Position numbers and translations under genes: made by a program. A stretch of DNA of 64,000 nt. It comes from Chrysomallon squamiferum. Taxonomy: Eukaryota > Animalia > Mollusca. Position 1 is the stretch's first letter, and each line of letters begins with the position of its first letter. The notes beneath the pieces were generated by a model. It saw only the letters and a list, made by a program, of their open reading frames with translations. It was not told the DNA's origin and searched no databases. Shown here one piece after another: positions 60,124-64,000 of this stretch. Location of the stretch: the NCBI GenBank assembly GCA_012295275.1, contig CM022674.1, positions 7,688,001-7,752,000 on the forward strand, in the 5' to 3' direction.

Positions 60124-62536
60124 TATTTTTTAAAGGTGATATCTATTTATAGAGTTAAGACATCTGAGACAATACATTATTTATAACTAACAATAGTGTG
60201 TGTTTCATAAGAACAAAATCTAGTTAACTTCACTTTGTAATTTTATGCCAAACTTATTTTTATTGAAAATAACTGGGGCACAATTAAACGAAAATGAAAA
60301 TATTTTTTAGTGTTTTTTTGTAAAAAAAAAAAGGAAAAAAGAAATAAAGATAAATGAACAAGAAAAACAAATAAACAAAAAAAAAAAAACACCTAGCAAT
60401 TTCTAAGCTTAGTTTTAAGACACATTTGTTACATTTTTTATTTCATGATCAGATTATTTCTTACCAAAGGTAATACAGTTAAATAATAATAATAATAATA
60501 ATAATTCTCATGAAGGTATGTGATAAATTATAAACTAATGTATTTTCTGGGTTTAGATGTGAGAAGCCAGTCAGAATGTCAGCTGAAACCTGGAGACAAG
60601 GTACAAGTGGATATAGATGCCAAAGTGGTGAAGAAAATTTTGTCAGAAATTAAAAATGTGGAATGAAAAGATATCTGATGTTTGTATTTGTTTATTTTAA
60701 TTAATTATAACATAAATTTTATTTATTCATTGCAATTAATAAAAATTAAATACGATATCTAGGTATGTATAGATAGATAGATAGATAGACAGACATATGT
60801 TTTTTTTTTATTATTTATTAATACTGTGTTTGCTAATTGAAATGAACTATTTTCACGCTTTAAATTTAATAATGACTATCTGTTTCAGACTGAAGGAGAA
60901 CAACAACACTTTTTTGTTCTATTTTATTGATTCTATTTACTGTTAATTTTTAATTTTATTTATTTATTTATTTATTTATTTATTATTTTAAGTATTTGCC
61001 ACTGCATGGAACAGTCACTGAAATAGAAGACTCAAGAATAGCAAAAGTTCAGTATGAGGATGCACAGTCATGGTATTTCTTTAGATCAATGTTAACTAAG
61101 GTAATCTATTATTTACTTTAATTTAAAATGTACATACCTTTGTTTCGTGTTCTTTTCTTAATTTTTTCTAGATAAAGTATTTCCTAATTATGTTCTTTTC
61201 TTTATTTTTAATTTAAATTATCTATTTGTAACATTTTTTTATTTATATTGTTTTATTTATTTTTCTGTAAAGAAATTCCATTAAAGACAGGTCTATGTAT
61301 TTTAAAGTAAAGAAATATCTACATGTATTTAAGTATTCTATATTTATTTGTAAATGTAATTTATGTAAGTGTCTACTGTTTTCTTTTCTTTTTTCTTTAC
61401 TATGAACTAAGAAATATTTTTAATATAATTTATGTTTTCTTTTTTTTTTTCTTTACTATGAATTAATAAATATTTATGTGTTTCACATCTACTGTTTTCA
61501 CTTTTTTCAGATTCACTCATTTTCTGTTGGTGAGACTGTTCAAATTCTGGAAAACATCAATGCTGTTCAGGAGCTGCAGGAAGGACATGGTGGCTGGAAT
61601 GATGAAATGGAAAAAGTATAAATTTATTTTATCTTGATTTCATTTCAGATTGTTTTGTAAACAGTGAGCAGCATTTTGAAATTATTTGAAATTTGTTTAG
61701 TCAATTCATTCATTATTATGACTAGTCCAATTACTTTTATTTATTTTTTTTGTATTTTATCTCTTTCTAAACTATTTATATTTTGCTTCTAAAAACTCAA
61801 CCATCACATAACACAGTCACAAAATAACATCAAATACATGTATAACATAACTAGGTTGATTGAGTTATTGTCTCTGTTACTTAATATAATTATTAATGTG
61901 GATTTGATGCCAGGCTCTTGGTGAATTAGGAATCATTGAAGCTGTTGATGATGATGGTGACCTGTTAATCAAAGTAGGAGAACAGCAGTGGATGTTTAGT
62001 CCTGTGTGTTGTCAATATGTAGAGTCAGCTGAAGAGAATGAATCAAAATCTGCAAAACGCCAGGGTATCAATGCCACCAATGGAGATACTCTCTGGTGGT
62101 AAGTAAAACTGTTCAGTTGTATTATTAGTAACAGAGTCTTCATGTTAAAACAAAACTGTTCAAGAGATATGAATTAAAATTACAGTCAATATCATCTGAT
62201 GTAAAACAGTTTTGCTGAAAATATCATGGGATGTCATATATAGACTGTTAACTAAATACAACATCTAATAAAGTTTATCAGTCTGCAAAGATATTATCAT
62301 CAAATAGCTTGGGGTTCAGAACAAAAAACCCTGCTTACTATAATTATGATGTACTGGTACTTCTTGAGATGTAGTTCTTATTAGGTTTTGATGTGCAAAG
62401 AATTACACAAATTCCTATCTCAGTATACTGATCATTACTCTGTGTAACTTTTAGCAAAGTTATACATTAAGATAATCTTCATTTCTGATGTTGTCAATAA
62501 AACTGATAAAAAAACAAACAGAATGACTAACAACAA

Positions 62537-62572
<36 letters not shown>

Positions 62573-64000
62573 CTGCAAATAAATAAATAATCAATACCCT
62601 AAATTCATCCTTTTTTAACAATGAGTTGGAATGATAAATTAGATGAAAAAAAAATGTTTTCATATGACTGACATTTTCAAACATTTTCAGACATTGGGGA
62701 TAACATTAGTGAAATGATTTGTAAGCTGATGTGCAGGAAGAGATGACAAATTTTCCTGAACGTCTTATAAAAGCAGCAGCACAAGAAGACATCAAAACTG
62801 TAAAAGAAATTCTTTCCAGTAATCCCAGTTTGGTAAGATCTTTTCCATAATTCTAGTTAGGTCAGATATTTTTCCCCAAACCCTATCTTTTCCATAGTTA
62901 TAGTTTGCTAACATCTTTTTCCAAATCCTTGTTTGATAACATCTTTCCTGTAATACTAGTTTTGTAATATATTCTCCTATAATTCTAATTTTGTAATAGT
63001 CTGTAGTTAAGATTGTTTCCTATAATGCTACTTTGATGAAATTTGTTTCCATACTACTGTTGTGAAAATTTGTATTTTTATACCACATACTAAGATAGTT
63101 TCACATGAAACAGAAAATAAATGTGGTCAGTCCTAGCTTGATAAGAAATTACAAGTTTCTTTGTTTATTTTTTTTCATATTTTTCAATGATTTATGAGTT
63201 AAAGATATTTCAGTCTCTCCTAGTGTTGTACATGATAAATTCAAATTTATCTCAAATTAGTTTAAAATCAGATCTTGTGACATGTATATTGAAGAGGTTT
63301 TGATGACAGTGTGTTCACTCTATAACTATGTACATGTTTAAACATAACAGTTAAATCAGTGTAACTGACATTAATCATCAAACTAAGATTACCGGGGGAT
63401 TTTTCTTATTTTTTATTTCTATTAATTTTTTTTCAGACTACATATTTGGGGAATTTTGTAATGCACAAAATTTTAAATATATATAATAAGAGAAATGATG
63501 ATCAGAAATAAAATATTTTTATTCCATAATGAAAGGTTTTATTAAGAAAAGGTGTATACATATATGCAGGTGAATGAGATTGTGGATGGAAACAGTCCAT
63601 TACAACTGGCTTGCTACACAGGTAGCAGTGAAGTTGTGAAAATTATCTTATCATATAAAGCTGATCCAAATCTGGTTGACGAAGAAGGAGACACTGCTCT
63701 TCATTTTGCTGTTTCTCAGTAAGTTAAACTTTACATTACATCACTTCAGAGCAAGTTAAATCTTTATACAACATATCATTTCATTTAGCTGCTATATAGT
63801 AAGATGAGTATTTATTTAACATTATTTCACACTAAGTTAAATTTCTTTCTTTATATGTGATCACTTAATCATGCTATTTCATAGTAAATTAAATATAAAT
63901 CTTTATTTAATATCATTTCATTATGCTGTTTTATTAAGATGTATCTGTATATTTATATAACATCATTTCATCATGCTGTTTTATTAAGATGTATCTGTAT

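Larger units (their letters stand above)
55130..64000 (+). pseudogene. Inverted paralog of the MIB-PARP gene (exons 1-10 visible, runs off the window) with frameshifts
   Basis: Exons 55130-55334, 57032-57203, 58204-58310, 59051-59251, 60557-60679, 60993-61100, 61511-61615, 61914-62098, 62691-62832, 63570-63718 are collinear with exons 1-10. Exon 5 is 2 nt short (TGA at 60664), exon 8 has a 1-nt insertion (~62064), exon 9 is 1 nt short. Some lesions sit in homopolymers and could be sequencing errors. Confidence 0.7.

Overview
AT-rich, microsatellite-rich metazoan DNA with GT-AG introns, probably molluscan (it carries a pedal-peptide precursor). Main find: a 19-exon minus-strand gene (31591->14609, ~971 aa, splice phases consistent at every junction by hand). 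It has the Mind bomb scaffold (MIB/HERC2-ZZ-MIB/HERC2-2xREP-ankyrin repeats), but a PARP7/11/12/14-type H-Y-I mono-ADP-ribosyltransferase domain stands where the RING fingers normally are. The locus is unstable. It also holds an inverted, frameshifted paralog (55130->window end) with patchy identity, an orphan inverted exon-5 copy, and a 7.4-kb near-identical repeat across a 200-N gap that is probably an assembly artefact. An 8-exon ASTE1/FAM120-type PIN nuclease gene (51356->45160, ~608 aa) lies head-to-head with the paralog. A duplicated piece of that PIN gene is joined directly to the 3' part of the pedal-peptide precursor at ~1187. There are also several DNA transposons/MITEs, an I/Nimb-like LINE remnant and many satellites. 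All models are manual; no searches were run.
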